Assembly (NCBI GenBank): GCA_046331705.1
Contig: JAXLQJ010000040.1
Location: 1 to 64,000, forward strand
DNA: 64,000 bases
Direction: 5' to 3'
Origin: a bacterium
GTDB taxonomy: Bacteria > JADJOY01
Of this stretch, positions 1-9,530 are shown in pieces. Both the position numbers and the translations under genes were made by a program. The stretch's first letter is position 1, and each line of letters begins with the position of its first letter. The notes beneath the pieces are model-generated. The model did not search any database. It worked only from the letters and a program-made list of their open reading frames with translations, and was not told the DNA's origin.

Positions 1-1
1 T

Positions 2-1051
2 CGCGTTGCTCTTGAGCGCCGACGGGATGTACGAGAGGTTCATCGAGCGCTTGGCGTCGGTCGGACAGCCCCAATCGCACACGCCCTGTCCGTCGCAATC
101 GCGGGCGTTGCGCCACACCGGCTGGTGCGCGTAGCCGAGCTTCTCGCAGCCGCGCGCGACGATCTCGCCTTGCGGGCCGATCGCCTGCGCGCTCGAGAAG
201 CTCACGCCGAGCTCGTTCCACACGGCGTCGAAGTGCGGTGCCATGCACTCGGGCGCCAGATCCCCGAGCCCGAGGTCGTCGGCCCAGTGCGACAGGATCC
301 AGTCGGGCGTGCGCCAGCACGTCGCGGTGTTGACGGCCGTCGAGCCGCCCACCAAGCGCCCCGCCGGGATCTGGATGACGCCGTTGCCGAGCGCCATCGT
401 GAGGCCGGCGTTGCGGTAGAGCTTCGACTGCATCTCCAGGATGGAGCCTCGCGCGAACTCGCGGCGCGTGAGGTAGCTGCCCTCCTCCAAGATCGCGACG
501 GCGAGACCGCGCTCGGCGAGCTCCTTGGCGACCACCGCGCCGCCGGCACCCGTCCCGACCACCACCACGTCGCACTCGATGGTCTCGTCCGCGGGCACGT
601 CCGCTCCCGCGGTGACCTGGCGCATCCACGCTGGCGACGGCTCCGCGGGCGCGGACTTGTCGTAGCGCGTGCCGTAGAGCGCGTAGATCTCGGGATCGTC
701 GAAGTGGGCGTACTTGAGCGGCGTGGTGACGGCGGCGACCAACGATCGACGCACCAACCCGGACCGTGACCAGCGTTCGAGGAGAGTCTCGCGCTCCGCG
801 AGCGGCAGGCTCGCGAAGCGCCGCCCCGTGGATGCCAGCGACGCGGCGTCGAGCGCCCGGAGCAGACCGGCGTAGACGTTCATCGCCGTGGCGCCACCCG
901 ACGCGAGCACCCGCCCGGCCAAGCGCTCGTAGGTCGCGCGGCTCGCGCCCGGCACGCGCCGGCCCGTGGGTATCGCGGCGGGACCGAGCGCCTCCAGGAT
1001 GCGCCTGCTGCCGGCGCCGAAGGCACTCTCGTAGGTGAACGTGCTCGTCAC
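2..1051 (-). CDS. GMC-family FAD oxidoreductase (runs off the window edge)
   Basis: Not in the ORF track. Manual translation from GTG at 1051, which overlaps the TGA of the upstream gene, gives DVVVVGTGAGGAVVAKELAERGLAVAILEEG (Rossmann GxGxxG), later VGGSTAVN and C-x4-C-x2-GCP, typical of GMC/long-chain alcohol oxidases. Confidence 0.85.
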   Translation of the reverse strand, partial: MTSTFTYESAFGAGSRRILEALGPAAIPTGRRVPGASRATYERLAGRVLASGGATAMNVYAGLLRALDAASLASTGRRFASLPLAERETLLERWSRSGLVRRSLVAAVTTPLKYAHFDDPEIYALYGTRYDKSAPAEPSPAWMRQVTAGADVPADETIECDVVVVGTGAGGAVVAKELAERGLAVAILEEGSYLTRREFARGSILEMQSKLYRNAGLTMALGNGVIQIPAGRLVGGSTAVNTATCWRTPDWILSHWADDLGLGDLAPECMAPHFDAVWNELGVSFSSAQAIGPQGEIVARGCEKLGYAHQPVWRNARDCDGQGVCDWGCPTDAKRSMNLSYIPSALKSNA

Positions 1052-1542
1052 GCCGCGGCCCCCGTGGCCGCCAGGCGTGGGGCCGGCGCACCGCGCGTGA
1101 GCCGGAACGAGAGCACCAGCGGCAAGAACTCCGACGCTGGGAACAGCGCCGTACCCTCGCCCACCACGTTGCCTGCCTCGTCGGTCACCCGGCTCGGGAG
1201 CGTGGTCCAGGTCTTGAAGGGGTTGAGGTGGCGAATCGTCTTGAGGCCCGACACGTGGTAGCGCTTGCCGTCGTCTCCCACGCAATCGAGCTCGTACTCG
1301 AGGCGGCGGCGCACCCACGGCGTGAACCTGAGCGTGCCCGTCGCGTGCACTTTCTCCGCGAGCCCACCGAGGGTGAGCGTGCCCTCCAGATACAAGAGCT
1401 GATCACGGCTCAGCGAGCCGAAGCTCGGCGCGATCGACACCAGATCGAAGCGGTACGGCTGCTCGGTGGTCGAGCCCGTCTTCCGCCACGTACCCATCAT
1501 TCGCTCCTGAAACTTGTAGCCGAGCCGTTCCAAGACGCTCAT
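1048..1542 (-). CDS. Hypothetical protein resembling the accessory beta-rich domain associated with cholesterol-oxidase-like GMC enzymes
   Basis: 164-aa ORF with GGAGG RBS, coupled to the GMC gene; motifs FQERMMG, LEYEL, GLKTI, TWTTL. Confidence 0.65.
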   Translation of the reverse strand: MSVLERLGYKFQERMMGTWRKTGSTTEQPYRFDLVSIAPSFGSLSRDQLLYLEGTLTLGGLAEKVHATGTLRFTPWVRRRLEYELDCVGDDGKRYHVSGLKTIRHLNPFKTWTTLPSRVTDEAGNVVGEGTALFPASEFLPLVLSFRLTRGAPAPRLAATGAAA

Positions 1543-1569
1543 CGACGCCTCCTCGCTGCCCGCGCGGTG

Positions 1570-2385
1570 TCAACCGCGCCGCCGCGGTCTCGCTCGATCG
1601 TTCGCGGCGAAGAGCGCCACCATGCGCTCACCGCTCCACTCCAGGTAGCCGCGAAACGCGCGATCCGCTCGCTTCGCGTCCTTCGCCACCACCGCGTTCA
1701 GCACTTCACGAAGCTGCCGCTCGACCTCGCGCGTGTCCGCGAACGCCGCCTCGAAGATCGGCAGGTGCTCGCGGTAGGCGCCCGAGAGCGAATTCGCCAG
1801 AAACAGGAACGCGCGATTGCCCGTGGCGCGGGTCAGCGCGCGCACGAACGTGTTCTCGTGGAGCTGAACGGCCGCCGGCTCGGCGAGCCGCGCCGCCAGC
1901 TCGACGAGCGCGCGCTCGAGCGCGGTGACGTCCTCGCGCTTGGCGCGGCTGGCAGCCAGACGGGCGATCTCGCCGCCCACCGCAGCCCGCACCTCCAACA
2001 AATCGCCGAGGAGCTCGAGGTCGACGCCGTCGCTGCGCACCAGCAAGAGCTTCAAGAGCTCCGCGCCGCCACGCTCGGTGTAGTCGGCGATCAGCGAACC
2101 GATGCCGTGCAGCGTGTCGATGAGACCGAGACTCTCGAGCTTGAGCAGCGCGTGGCGCACGCTGGTGCGGTTCACGCCGTAGCGCTCCGCCAGCTCGCGC
2201 TCCGGCGGCAGCGCCGTGCCCGGCTTGCCGCGCTCGCCCAGGAACTCCTCCTGGATGCGCAGCACGATCAGATCGATGAGGCTCGGGCGCTTGAGCCGGT
2301 CGAGCCGTGCCACGTCCGCGTTGGGACGATCCAGTTCGCGCTGCACGTTCGCGGGGCCGGTTTTCGCTCGCGCGTTCGTCCGCAT
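1570..2385 (-). CDS. GntR/FadR-family transcriptional regulator
   Basis: LPPERELAERYGVNRTSVRHALLKLESLGLI wHTH followed by an FCD-like domain (LLEVR...ATGN). Confidence 0.92.
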   Translation of the reverse strand: MRTNARAKTGPANVQRELDRPNADVARLDRLKRPSLIDLIVLRIQEEFLGERGKPGTALPPERELAERYGVNRTSVRHALLKLESLGLIDTLHGIGSLIADYTERGGAELLKLLLVRSDGVDLELLGDLLEVRAAVGGEIARLAASRAKREDVTALERALVELAARLAEPAAVQLHENTFVRALTRATGNRAFLFLANSLSGAYREHLPIFEAAFADTREVERQLREVLNAVVAKDAKRADRAFRGYLEWSGERMVALFAANDRARPRRRG

Positions 2386-2438
2386 TCGCGGCAGCTCCTC
2401 TGGAAGGCGGGGGATGACCGTTCGGGTCAGACTTGTTC

Positions 2439-2453
2439 AGTGGCTCAGCCACT
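2439..2453. promoter_or_regulatory. Perfect palindrome AGTGGCT-C-AGCCACT, likely operator of the FadR-type regulator
   Basis: 15-bp palindrome about 55 bp upstream of the regulator, overlapping a candidate minus-strand -10 (CATAGT, 2451-2456) with TTGCCG 18 bp further upstream. Confidence 0.55.
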
Positions 2454-2502
2454 ATGCCATTCCCGTAACGCCAACGGCAACACCGCAACGTGCCAGTGGT
2501 CC

Positions 2503-2841
2503 GCACGCGCGCTCGAGACCGCAGGGTTCACGCGGCTCGGAACGCACGCCCATTCCGAGAGCTGGCGTGGGCCAGACGGGACGCCCACTCGGTTCACGGA
2601 TGACCCAGCGCTCGCTGGCGCGGTCCAAACCGCCGCGGAGCATTCGATCGGCGACGTCCTGCTGCGGGTGATCACGCCCGTCGAGCTCTTGCACGCGAAG
2701 CTGCGAGCCGCGTCGGAGACAGCTCGCCGGGAATCGAAGCGTCTGATCAACCTCGCAGACGCTCAGGCGCTGGTGGAGCGGTGGCCGGCGCTGATCGACG
2801 CCCTCGATCCCGCCGAACGAGCGCAGTTGGGGGCGCAGTAG
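2503..2841 (+). pseudogene. 5'-truncated nucleotidyltransferase-like (TA toxin-type) gene remnant
   Basis: Protein-like tail of a shadow ORF: ALETAGFTRLG..HSESW...FTDDPAL...LRVITPVELLHAKLRAA...RRESKRLINLADAQALVE; no start codon, RBS or N-terminal GG/DxD motif. Confidence 0.45.
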
Positions 2842-3210
2842 CCGTCTGCCCCGCGCGTGTGCGCGACAGGCACCTGTGCCGAGCCGCGGTCGAGCGACGC
2901 GAGTGCTCGCGTGACCCGGGGGCTTCCTGCGGATCGACCATGGGAAGTCCCGAGTCGAGCAACCTCACGAAAGCCTCGTGCCGCGTATTCGCCCCAGAGA
3001 CGGATCGCGGCGTCGCCGTTCGTTCGTCGGAACGTCGCATCGATCGGGACCTGACGGCGTGCGTGACCGATGCGCGACGCGCGATCGCCGAGTCGATCGC
3101 GCCTTCGAGCACCAGGCGGACTCCCCGGCCAGAGGTCTGCGAGCATCGACCGATGCTCTCGGTGCGCGCGTAGACACCCGTTCTGGGGCGCACGTATATC
3201 GTTGCGCACC

Positions 3211-4497
3211 ATGTCACTCGCGTTGCTGCACAACCCGCTGGAACGGCGGTCGCGGGTCTTTCCGCCCGACGAGGTCACGAGCCTCGAGGGCTCGGCCGAG
3301 GTCGAGCCGGAAGCGGGAGGTCTCGCACGCGCGGACGTGGAGGCGATCTGGGGATCGGTCGTCTCGCTCTACGAGACCGGCATCATGCCGGCGATCGCGC
3401 TCTGCTTGCGACGCCGCGGCCAGGTGGTGATCGACCGCGCCATCGGCCACGCCCGCGGCAACGAGCCGCGCGCCCGCAAGGGTGCGCTCAAGGTCCAGGC
3501 GAAGCCCACCACGCTCTTCAACTTGTTCTCGGCCTCGAAAGCCGTGACCGCGATGCTCGTCCACCTGCTGGACGAGCGGGGCGACATCCACCTCGACGAC
3601 GCCGTCGCGGATTACATCCCGGAGTTCGGGAAGCACGGCAAGGAATGGGTGACCATTCGCCACGTGCTCACCCACCGCGCGGGCATCCCCACGGTGCCGG
3701 GATACAAGTTCGACGTCGACGTGCTCTCCCGCCCGGACGAGATCCTGCGGTTGCTCTGCGACACGAAGCCCACCACCGCGCCAGGGCGCCGGCTCGCGTA
3801 TCACGCCCTCACCGGCGGCTTTCTCTTCGCCGAGATCGTGAAGCGCGTCACCGGACGCGACATCCAGACGTTTCTCACGCGTGAGGTGCGCAAGCCCCTC
3901 GGCTTCGAGAGCTTCCACTACGGCATCCCCGAGGCGAAGCGCGGCGCGATGGCGGAGAACGCGCTCACCGGTCCGCCCACGCTACCGCCGGCGTCGTGGC
4001 TGCTGACGCGCGCCCTCGGCGTCTCGCACGAGGACGCGGTGGCGCTCTCGAACGATCCCCGCTTTCTCTCCGCCGTGGTGCCCTCCGGCAACATCTTCGC
4101 GACGGCCAACGAGGTGTGCCGGTTCTACGAGCTGCTGCTGCGGGGCGGCGAGCTCGACGGCAAACGCATCTTCGACCGCCGCACGGTGAAGCGCGCGGTG
4201 GCCGAGCAGACCTATCTCGAGATGGACCTCACCATCGGGCTGCCAATCCGCTACGGCATGGGATTCATGCTGGGCGGAAAGACCTTCAGCCTCTACGGCC
4301 CCGACACCCCCCACGCGTTCGGCCACCAGGGCTTCACGTTCGTCACCACCTACGCCGACCCCGATCGCGACATCTCGGCTTGCCTCATGACCACCGGCAA
4401 GCCCTTCCTGACGTGGAAGGCCGCGTATTGGTGGAACGTGGTTCGCACCATCGCGAATCACTGCCCTCGCGACTCACGCACCCGAGCCAAACCATGA
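3211..4497 (+). CDS. Serine hydrolase, beta-lactamase/LipE-like esterase family
   Basis: SxxK motif FSASK, LTHRAG, YHALTGG, FGHQG; ATG at 3211 chosen. Confidence 0.9.
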   Translation: MSLALLHNPLERRSRVFPPDEVTSLEGSAEVEPEAGGLARADVEAIWGSVVSLYETGIMPAIALCLRRRGQVVIDRAIGHARGNEPRARKGALKVQAKPTTLFNLFSASKAVTAMLVHLLDERGDIHLDDAVADYIPEFGKHGKEWVTIRHVLTHRAGIPTVPGYKFDVDVLSRPDEILRLLCDTKPTTAPGRRLAYHALTGGFLFAEIVKRVTGRDIQTFLTREVRKPLGFESFHYGIPEAKRGAMAENALTGPPTLPPASWLLTRALGVSHEDAVALSNDPRFLSAVVPSGNIFATANEVCRFYELLLRGGELDGKRIFDRRTVKRAVAEQTYLEMDLTIGLPIRYGMGFMLGGKTFSLYGPDTPHAFGHQGFTFVTTYADPDRDISACLMTTGKPFLTWKAAYWWNVVRTIANHCPRDSRTRAKP

Positions 4498-5831
4498 GTG
4501 ATCATTCGTCCGCCGCGAGCTCGAGCGTCCCTTCGCTCGCCACCCGCGGCTCCGTCCCCATCGTGCTGTTGGTGATCTTCATCGATCTGCTGGGCTTCGG
4601 CGTGGTGCTGCCGATGCTGCCCTACATCGCCGCGCAGTACAGCGTGCCCGACTGGCTGACGTCGACGTTCTCGACGCTTCACATGAACCGCGGCGCCAGC
4701 GCCGTGATCGTGGGCCTGCTCTCCTTCAACTTCAACTTCTTCAGCTTCCTCGCCTCACCGCTGTGGGGCCGGCTCTCGGACCACGTCGGGCGCAAGCCCG
4801 TGCTCGCAGCGAGCCTGTTCGGCTACGCCTGCGCGTGGACGCTCTTCGCATTCGCACCGAGCCTGGGCTGGCTGCTCATGGCACGCGTCTTCGCGGGAAT
4901 GGCCGCCGCCAACGTGTCGACGGCGCACGCTTACATCTCGGACGTCTACCCGCCCGAGAAGCGCGCCAAGGGGATGGGGCTGGTGGGTGCCGCCTTCGGT
5001 CTCGGCTTCACGCTCGGCCCGGCGGTGGGCGCAGGCTTGATGGCGCTCGGCGACCGGATCTCGCCGGCGACCGACCTGAACCATCACAGCCAGCTGGGCC
5101 TCCACCTGCCGATCTACGTGACGATGTTCCTGAGCTCCGCCGCGTGCCTGCTCGCGGCCTTCGTGCTTCCGGAGTCGCTTCCCAAGGAGCTTCGCGGCCG
5201 CAAGGAGTCGAGCGAGGTCGGCCTGGGCCTGGGCAAGCTGCTGGCCGCGGTGCGCAAGCCTCTCCTCGGACCGCTGCTCGTGAGCTTCTTCACCGTGACC
5301 TTCGGGTTCGCGGTGCTCGAGTCGATGTTCTCCGAGTTCAACCGCGTGGTGCTGAGGCTGCCCCCCAGCACCAACGCGCTGGTGTTCAGCATCATCGGGC
5401 TCACCATCGTCATCGTTCAGGGCGGCATGATCCACCGCCTCACCAAGGCGTTCGGACCATGGAAGGTGCTCTTCACGGGTCTCCTCCTCGAAGGCCTGAT
5501 GCTCGTGAACTACGGCCAGGTGACGGGCATGCGCATCCTGATCACGTTCTCGGTGATCGGCGCGTTCGGCCACAGCCTCTGCAACCCGTCGATCCTCGCG
5601 CTCATCAGCCAGCAGGCCGCCGCCGACGAGCGCGGCGGCACCATGGGGCTCGCAGGAGCCAGCTCGGCGCTGGGTCGAATCTGCGGTCCGATCCTGGGCT
5701 CGGTGGCGTGGGCGTGGGGCGGCGCGGCGGCGGCGTTCGCGTCCGGCGGCGTGGTGGTGCTGCTCGCGCTGCCGCTCTTGGTGATCGCGCACAAGAGCCA
5801 CTCGGAGCTCGCGGCTCCCGCCATCGCGTGA
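4494..5831 (+). CDS. MFS transporter (TetA/DHA1-like)
   Basis: IDLLGFGVVLPMLP, motif A GRLSDHVGRKPVL, GAAFGLGFTLGPAVG; ATGA overlap with the previous gene. Confidence 0.92.
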   Translation: MSDHSSAASSSVPSLATRGSVPIVLLVIFIDLLGFGVVLPMLPYIAAQYSVPDWLTSTFSTLHMNRGASAVIVGLLSFNFNFFSFLASPLWGRLSDHVGRKPVLAASLFGYACAWTLFAFAPSLGWLLMARVFAGMAAANVSTAHAYISDVYPPEKRAKGMGLVGAAFGLGFTLGPAVGAGLMALGDRISPATDLNHHSQLGLHLPIYVTMFLSSAACLLAAFVLPESLPKELRGRKESSEVGLGLGKLLAAVRKPLLGPLLVSFFTVTFGFAVLESMFSEFNRVVLRLPPSTNALVFSIIGLTIVIVQGGMIHRLTKAFGPWKVLFTGLLLEGLMLVNYGQVTGMRILITFSVIGAFGHSLCNPSILALISQQAAADERGGTMGLAGASSALGRICGPILGSVAWAWGGAAAAFASGGVVVLLALPLLVIAHKSHSELAAPAIA

Positions 5832-6634
5832 TCCGGCGATTCCGCGTTCACTCCGGCGACGCCGACGTGGCGTGCGCGCAGTTCGGCGCCGGCCGCGAAC
5901 GGCTGCTCTACCTGCACGCGCTCGCCTACTCGAAGGAGCACGCCGTCGCTGCCGCGGACGTGCTCGGCGTGGCGTTCGACTGCATCGCGATCGACCAGCG
6001 CGGTCACGGCGAGACCCGCGCCCGCGACGGTGGCCCGCTGGACCTGGACCTCGACGCCTTCGTCGCCGACGCGTGCGCCGTGCTCGACGCGGCGGGATGG
6101 GAATCGGCAATCGTGGGCGGCACGTCGATGGGAGCGGCGGTGGCGCTGCGGCTCGCCCTGCTTCATCCCCAACGCGTGCGCGTGCTCGTCGAAGACCTGC
6201 CGGCGTTCGGCCCCCGCTCGCCGCGCGACGTCTCGCACGCCGAGCGAATCGCCGAGGCACTCGAAGCGGGAGATCTCGTCGAGGCGACGCGGCGCGCGAC
6301 CGAGTCGCTCTCCGGCAAGCGTGCCGCCGCGCTTCAGGAGGAGCTGCTCGGCCAGTGGCGACCGTTCAGCGCCTCCCAGCTCGGCCCCGGGCTCGCGGGC
6401 GCGTTCCGGGCCACGACTCGCTGGAGCGTCCTCGACGACTGGCCCGAAGGCCTGAGCCGCGTGCGCGCCTTCACCCACCTGATCGCGCTACGCGGCGATC
6501 CGTCCCACCCGTACGAGGTGGCGGAGACCATGGCGCGTCACCTCGCGCGGGCGCAGATCTACTCACGCATCCCCGCGCTCGACCCGCGGAAATCCTTCGC
6601 GCAATGGGTCTCGATCCTGACCCGCCACTCCTGA
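5828..6634 (+). CDS. Alpha/beta hydrolase
   Basis: DQRGHG, nucleophile elbow GTSMG, DPSHP; GTGA overlap with the MFS stop. Confidence 0.85.
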   Translation: MIRRFRVHSGDADVACAQFGAGRERLLYLHALAYSKEHAVAAADVLGVAFDCIAIDQRGHGETRARDGGPLDLDLDAFVADACAVLDAAGWESAIVGGTSMGAAVALRLALLHPQRVRVLVEDLPAFGPRSPRDVSHAERIAEALEAGDLVEATRRATESLSGKRAAALQEELLGQWRPFSASQLGPGLAGAFRATTRWSVLDDWPEGLSRVRAFTHLIALRGDPSHPYEVAETMARHLARAQIYSRIPALDPRKSFAQWVSILTRHS

Positions 6635-6649
6635 GATCGTGAGCCGCCG

Positions 6650-7585
6650 TCACTCGAGATCGGCGCGCAGCTCCGTGAGCAGACCCGCGTCGAGATCGGC
6701 CTCGGCTTCGGCGCCCGTGAGATACGCGTCGTACGCACGGCGCCCGCGCAGAAAGCGCTCGAGCCACGCCGTGGTGTACTTCCGCATCAGCTCGTCCTGA
6801 CGTCCGGGCTCGTCGAGAGCGCGCGGGTTGTCGAGGAGTCCCCCGGCCACGTCGCAGATCGAGCCCAGCGTGCAGAAGCCCACGTGGTTCCCACCCGCGA
6901 TGGTGACCAGCTCCTTCGGTGCGTTCGTCAGCCGTTCGTAGGCGGTGACCGCACCCTCGGCGGGAACGATCCCGTCCTCCGAAGCCGCGAGCAGGAGCGT
7001 CGGCGTCGTGATCTTGTCGAGGTACGAGGACGTGAGCGGGCCAGCAGCGAGCGGCACCGCGGCGTCGATCTCCGGATGCTCGCTCGCGGCGATCAGCACC
7101 GCGATCGCACCGAGCGAATGGCCCACGATCGCGCGACGCTCGCCATCCACCCTGCCGAAGATCGGCGCATCGGCGCGCGCGCTCTCGTCCACCAGGAAAT
7201 CGAGCGCCTCGACGAGCCCGTTGGCCACGGCGAACGGTCCGCCGAAACAAGGCGCGGGCGGCGTGAACGTGAGCACGACGTAGCCATGGCTCGCGAGCTG
7301 CTCGCCCACCCACGTGTACCACTCGCGGATCGAGCACGTCCCCGGCGCCACGCTCACGATCGGATACGGGGAGCCGTCGCTCGTGTCAGGATGGACGATC
7401 GTCGACACGAACGTGCCGCTCGCATCCGTGAAGCTCGTGTCGTAGGACGCGATCGCATACGGTCCCGGCTCGTTCGGCGGCGGCGTGCCAGCGCTCCCCG
7501 AGCCCGAGGAGCAGGCGCCGAGGCACGCCAGCAGCGGTGCGGCGACGACCCGAGCAACGAATCCGAACCCTCGATCAGGCGCCAT
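6650..7585 (-). CDS. Lipoprotein alpha/beta hydrolase (dienelactone hydrolase/chlorophyllase/cutinase-like)
   Basis: Lipobox LGAC, LASHGYVV, GHSLG, ASEDGIV (Asp), GGNHVGF (His). Confidence 0.85.
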   Translation of the reverse strand: MAPDRGFGFVARVVAAPLLACLGACSSGSGSAGTPPPNEPGPYAIASYDTSFTDASGTFVSTIVHPDTSDGSPYPIVSVAPGTCSIREWYTWVGEQLASHGYVVLTFTPPAPCFGGPFAVANGLVEALDFLVDESARADAPIFGRVDGERRAIVGHSLGAIAVLIAASEHPEIDAAVPLAAGPLTSSYLDKITTPTLLLAASEDGIVPAEGAVTAYERLTNAPKELVTIAGGNHVGFCTLGSICDVAGGLLDNPRALDEPGRQDELMRKYTTAWLERFLRGRRAYDAYLTGAEAEADLDAGLLTELRADLE

Positions 7586-7706
7586 GGACGTCCGTTTCCC
7601 GTGCCACGGGAAGACTCGGAGATCGGTCTAGCACCCGCACCACACCCCGCGCCAGCTCGAACAACCTCCTCGAATCCCACGTCCAAGAGGCGCGAGACGC
7701 GCGACA

Positions 7707-9530
7707 ATGGCGAACGTGGGATTGCGCAGACGGAAGTGGGCGATCGCCCTGCTCGTGCTCATGGCGTTCGCGTACGCGACGTGGCGCACGCGTTGGTTCT
7801 TCCGACCGCCGCCGCGCGGCGGCCCCACGCACGGTGCGCCGCACAGCCCGCAGCGCTCGGGTGAGCGCGACGCGAAGCCGCTGCGCGCGCCCGCCGAGAC
7901 GCCCACCTCCAGCGCGCGCTCGACCTCACCCGACGCGCCCGCCGGGGAGCGGGACGAGCAGCGCGCCGCCGCTCTCGGCGTGCTCGCCGGGCGCGTGCTG
8001 GTGCGCGGAACGGGCGAGCCCGTCGGCGGAGCGACGCTCCACATCGAATGGGCCGCGACCCACGAGCCGGGTCTCGCCACCACGGCACACGATGGCTCGT
8101 TCGTCTTTCGCGGCGCCCCCGTGGGCTCGTGCCAGATCGGCGTCGAGGCCGAGGGCTTCTGGCAGGCGACCGCGCAGCTCGCGCAGGTCGTGGTCGCCGA
8201 TCCGCGCGACCGCGACGGGCCGGCGCCCGTCGACGTGCTCGTGGATCGCGCCGTCGCGGTCTCGGGCCACGTCGTGGAGATGAACGGCGCGCCGGTGAGC
8301 GGCGCGACCATCGCGACCCGTGGCAACGCCGCTGGCGAGCGCGCGACCAGCGACTCGGATGGACGCTTCACGCTGCGAGCGCTGGTCGCCGGCACGGACC
8401 TCGCGGTGGAGCATCCGAGCTTCGCGCGAACGATGGTGCCGTGGTCGGCGATCTGGCAGGAGCGCGAGCGCGGCCTCGAGATCACGCTCGCGCCGGGAGC
8501 GCGCGTGAGCGGCGAGGTCGTGGGCGCGAACGGCGCGCGCGCTGCGCGGACCCAGGTTCGAGTCACCGTTCGCGCGCCAGGAGCACCGGTGCCCACCATC
8601 GTCACGAGCACCACGGCATCGGACGGACGATTCGAGCTGCGCTCGCTACCCGCCGGCGATGCCTATCTCGAAGCCGTGCCGCTCGAGGGCGGCGTGACCG
8701 TGACGCTCGAGCCATTCGCTCTCGACCCCGGACAAGAACGATCGAACGTCGTGATCCAGCTTCGCGATCTCGACCCGGAGAGCAGCATCGAGGGAAGCGT
8801 CCGAAGCAGCGACGGCAGCCCGGTGCGCGGGGCCACGATCACCGCCGGGCGCGCCGCCGTGCCGCCGACCCGCGTGCAAACCGACGCGGAAGGCGGCTTC
8901 CGACTGAGCGGCCTCGCGCCCGGCGACTACGCCCTGACCGCCCAGGCGCCAGGCCATCAATGGACTCGGCTGCCGAGCGTGCGCGCGGGCACCACCGGGC
9001 TCGAGATCACGCTGGCGCGCGGCGGCGTGGTGACGGGCCGCGTCGTCGATGGTCGGACCGGCGAGCCGCTGCGCTCGTTCCAGCTCGGCGGCCAGCCGAT
9101 CGAGACCAACGACGGCCGCTTCGAGTACGCGGCGCTCGACACCAAGCGCGCCACGTTCGTGGTTCGCGCCGAAGGCTACGCGTCGCGCGAGCTCGGCCCC
9201 TTCGACGCCGCCGGTCGCGATTCCATCGACGCGGGCACGGTGAGCCTGCAGCCCGAAGCCCGCGTGCGTGGGCAAGCGCTCGACGCACACGGCGAACCGC
9301 TCACGGGCGCGACGGTGTTCGCGGTCTCCCTCGACGCGCCGTCCCAGCGCACCTGGGAGCGCGCGACCACGGACATCACGGGCGCGTACGAGATCGGCGG
9401 ACTCGCGGCGGGCCGCTGGTGCATCGCCACCAGCCTGCGTGCTTCGCGCGACGGCTGCAGCGGCGGCGCACAGCTCCGCACCCGGCCCGGCGAGGTCCTC
9501 GACCGCATCCGGATCACGGCTGGGGATTGA
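7707..9530 (+). CDS. Membrane-anchored carboxypeptidase-regulatory-like domain repeat protein
   Basis: N-terminal TM segment followed by repeated G.V...G.PV.GA.../TD.DG.F.L..L.PG.Y units. Confidence 0.85.
   Translation: MANVGLRRRKWAIALLVLMAFAYATWRTRWFFRPPPRGGPTHGAPHSPQRSGERDAKPLRAPAETPTSSARSTSPDAPAGERDEQRAAALGVLAGRVLVRGTGEPVGGATLHIEWAATHEPGLATTAHDGSFVFRGAPVGSCQIGVEAEGFWQATAQLAQVVVADPRDRDGPAPVDVLVDRAVAVSGHVVEMNGAPVSGATIATRGNAAGERATSDSDGRFTLRALVAGTDLAVEHPSFARTMVPWSAIWQERERGLEITLAPGARVSGEVVGANGARAARTQVRVTVRAPGAPVPTIVTSTTASDGRFELRSLPAGDAYLEAVPLEGGVTVTLEPFALDPGQERSNVVIQLRDLDPESSIEGSVRSSDGSPVRGATITAGRAAVPPTRVQTDAEGGFRLSGLAPGDYALTAQAPGHQWTRLPSVRAGTTGLEITLARGGVVTGRVVDGRTGEPLRSFQLGGQPIETNDGRFEYAALDTKRATFVVRAEGYASRELGPFDAAGRDSIDAGTVSLQPEARVRGQALDAHGEPLTGATVFAVSLDAPSQRTWERATTDITGAYEIGGLAAGRWCIATSLRASRDGCSGGAQLRTRPGEVLDRIRITAGD

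Noticed and set aside
2842-3210. Possible further decayed NTase fragment on the minus strand (GVRLVLEGAI...)
   Set aside because: Similarity too short and weak to support
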